This document shows positions 29,442 to 30,591 of a DNA stretch of 30,591 nucleotides, piece by piece. Under the pieces are notes generated by a model that worked only from the letters and a program-made list of their open reading frames with translations, searched no databases and was not told the origin of the DNA. How positions within the stretch are numbered: the first letter of the stretch is position 1; the number at the start of each line of letters is the position of its first letter. The DNA is taken from IMG/VR virus record IMGVR_UViG_3300032261_000051, positions 1-30,591 of that record; one strand, written 5' to 3'. The position numbers and the translations under genes were made by a program. This DNA is from a virus (taxonomy: Duplodnaviria; Caudoviricetes).

Positions 29442-30591
29442 TGGCAGACGACGACCAGTTCTGGCCCGCTGATTGGCTTGGGATCCAGCCGACGGAGGCT
29501 TGGCAGCCCGCGGCTGCGGCTGCGCAGCAGCCGGCGAGCGATACGCCCATGGGCTTGTCCCAGGCCGGGATCGACTACATCAAGGGGAAAGAGGCGTGGA
29601 GGCCGCACGCGTATTATGATGGGAGCCAGTATTCCATTGGGTGGGGCTCGAAGGCGAACAATCGGAATGAGGTGATTGATCAGGATGAAGGCGAGCAGCG
29701 GCTGCGGGCTGAGACACAGCCCTTGTCGGACTGGCTCAATAAGAATGTGGGCCCGCTGACGCAGGGGCAGCATGATGCGCTGGTCTCTTTCGGCTACAAT
29801 ACGGGCCAGGGAAATCTGGCGAAGCTGAAGGACGACATCAACGCGGGGGACTGGCAGCAAATCACGGAGCGGATGAAGTCGTTCAACAAGGCTCCGAGCT
29901 TCCCCGAGGCGCAGAGGCCGGGGATCGAGCGGGCGCTGCTGGCTCGGAGGACGGAAGAAGGGCAGATGGCCCTCGGTGGGCAGGGTCCCGCGATCGGGGG
30001 GCCTGCGATGGCAATGGCTGGGGCGCAGCCCCAGGGGGCGCCGCAAGCGGCGGCTGGAGCACCCGCGGCACCCGGTCGAACGGCAATGCGTCTTGGAGGA
30101 CCTCCAGTGGCAACCGCGACAGATGATGGCAGCGATCTTGGGTCGAATTTGCAGCAGAAGCCGAGCTTGATGAGTGTGCTGTCTGCCCCGGGGATGCAGG
30201 CGGGCCTGCTGGCGGCGGCGTCGAGCCTGCTTCAGGGAGGTTGGGGTGGGACTGGATCGGCATTTGGCAGGGCGCTGGGAGCGGCGGGAGAGGCGGCGGG
30301 CTCTTCGCAGGCGTACCAGACGGCGCAGGAGCAGGAGAAGCAGAAGATGGCCCAAGCTAAGGCCATCTCGGATGCACATAATGAGACGCAGCTTGAGGTT
30401 GCGAAGATCCATGCGCAGAGCCTGAAGGATGTGGCCCAGCAGCGGGCGATCAATAGGAACGATCCCGAGTGGGTCAAGATTCACACGACGCTCCTGAACG
30501 ATCCAAAGCTTATCACAATGGATCCGACGGAGAGGTATGCGATGACGATGAAGCAGGCGGATGAGATCTACTTGCATATGAAGGGGACCAC
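29441..30591 (+). CDS. Ejection protein with an N-terminal GH24 phage lysozyme domain, truncated by the window edge
   Basis: Not in the ORF track. Hand translation gives LSQAGIDYIKGKEAWRPHAYYDGSQYSIGWG...LTQGQHDALVSFGYNTG...LLARRTEE; TGATG coupling. Confidence 0.88.
   Translation, partial: MADDDQFWPADWLGIQPTEAWQPAAAAAQQPASDTPMGLSQAGIDYIKGKEAWRPHAYYDGSQYSIGWGSKANNRNEVIDQDEGEQRLRAETQPLSDWLNKNVGPLTQGQHDALVSFGYNTGQGNLAKLKDDINAGDWQQITERMKSFNKAPSFPEAQRPGIERALLARRTEEGQMALGGQGPAIGGPAMAMAGAQPQGAPQAAAGAPAAPGRTAMRLGGPPVATATDDGSDLGSNLQQKPSLMSVLSAPGMQAGLLAAASSLLQGGWGGTGSAFGRALGAAGEAAGSSQAYQTAQEQEKQKMAQAKAISDAHNETQLEVAKIHAQSLKDVAQQRAINRNDPEWVKIHTTLLNDPKLITMDPTERYAMTMKQADEIYLHMKGT

Overview
The whole window is a GC-rich tailed-phage genome segment with podovirus-like gene content. 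It has two divergent arms that meet at about 9.95-10.15 kb. The left arm (minus strand, <1-9867) is an early/middle region of about 30 mostly small genes. These include a PD-(D/E)XK (Cas4-like) nuclease, a ribbon-helix-helix regulator, two related helical proteins, secreted and membrane peptides, and an array of three paralogous small domains interleaved with very basic peptides. The right arm (plus strand, 10188->30591) is the packaging and virion module: small terminase, a degenerate GH108-like gene carrying an overprinted membrane ORF, large terminase, portal, scaffold, major capsid, nine accessory genes (18368-22908), adaptor, fibre, nozzle, an Rz-like protein, a GNAT-like protein and ejection proteins. 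The last ejection protein carries a GH24 lysozyme domain and runs off the window. The non-coding DNA holds repeated promoters, paired GGGA-ATRG-TCCC leader hairpins, terminators, a long structured leader with a C-rich loop, and an AT-rich tract flanked by 39-bp inverted repeats (candidate origin). I saw no integrase, tRNA, rRNA, CRISPR array or IS element. All product calls come from motif recognition by eye; no database search was run.
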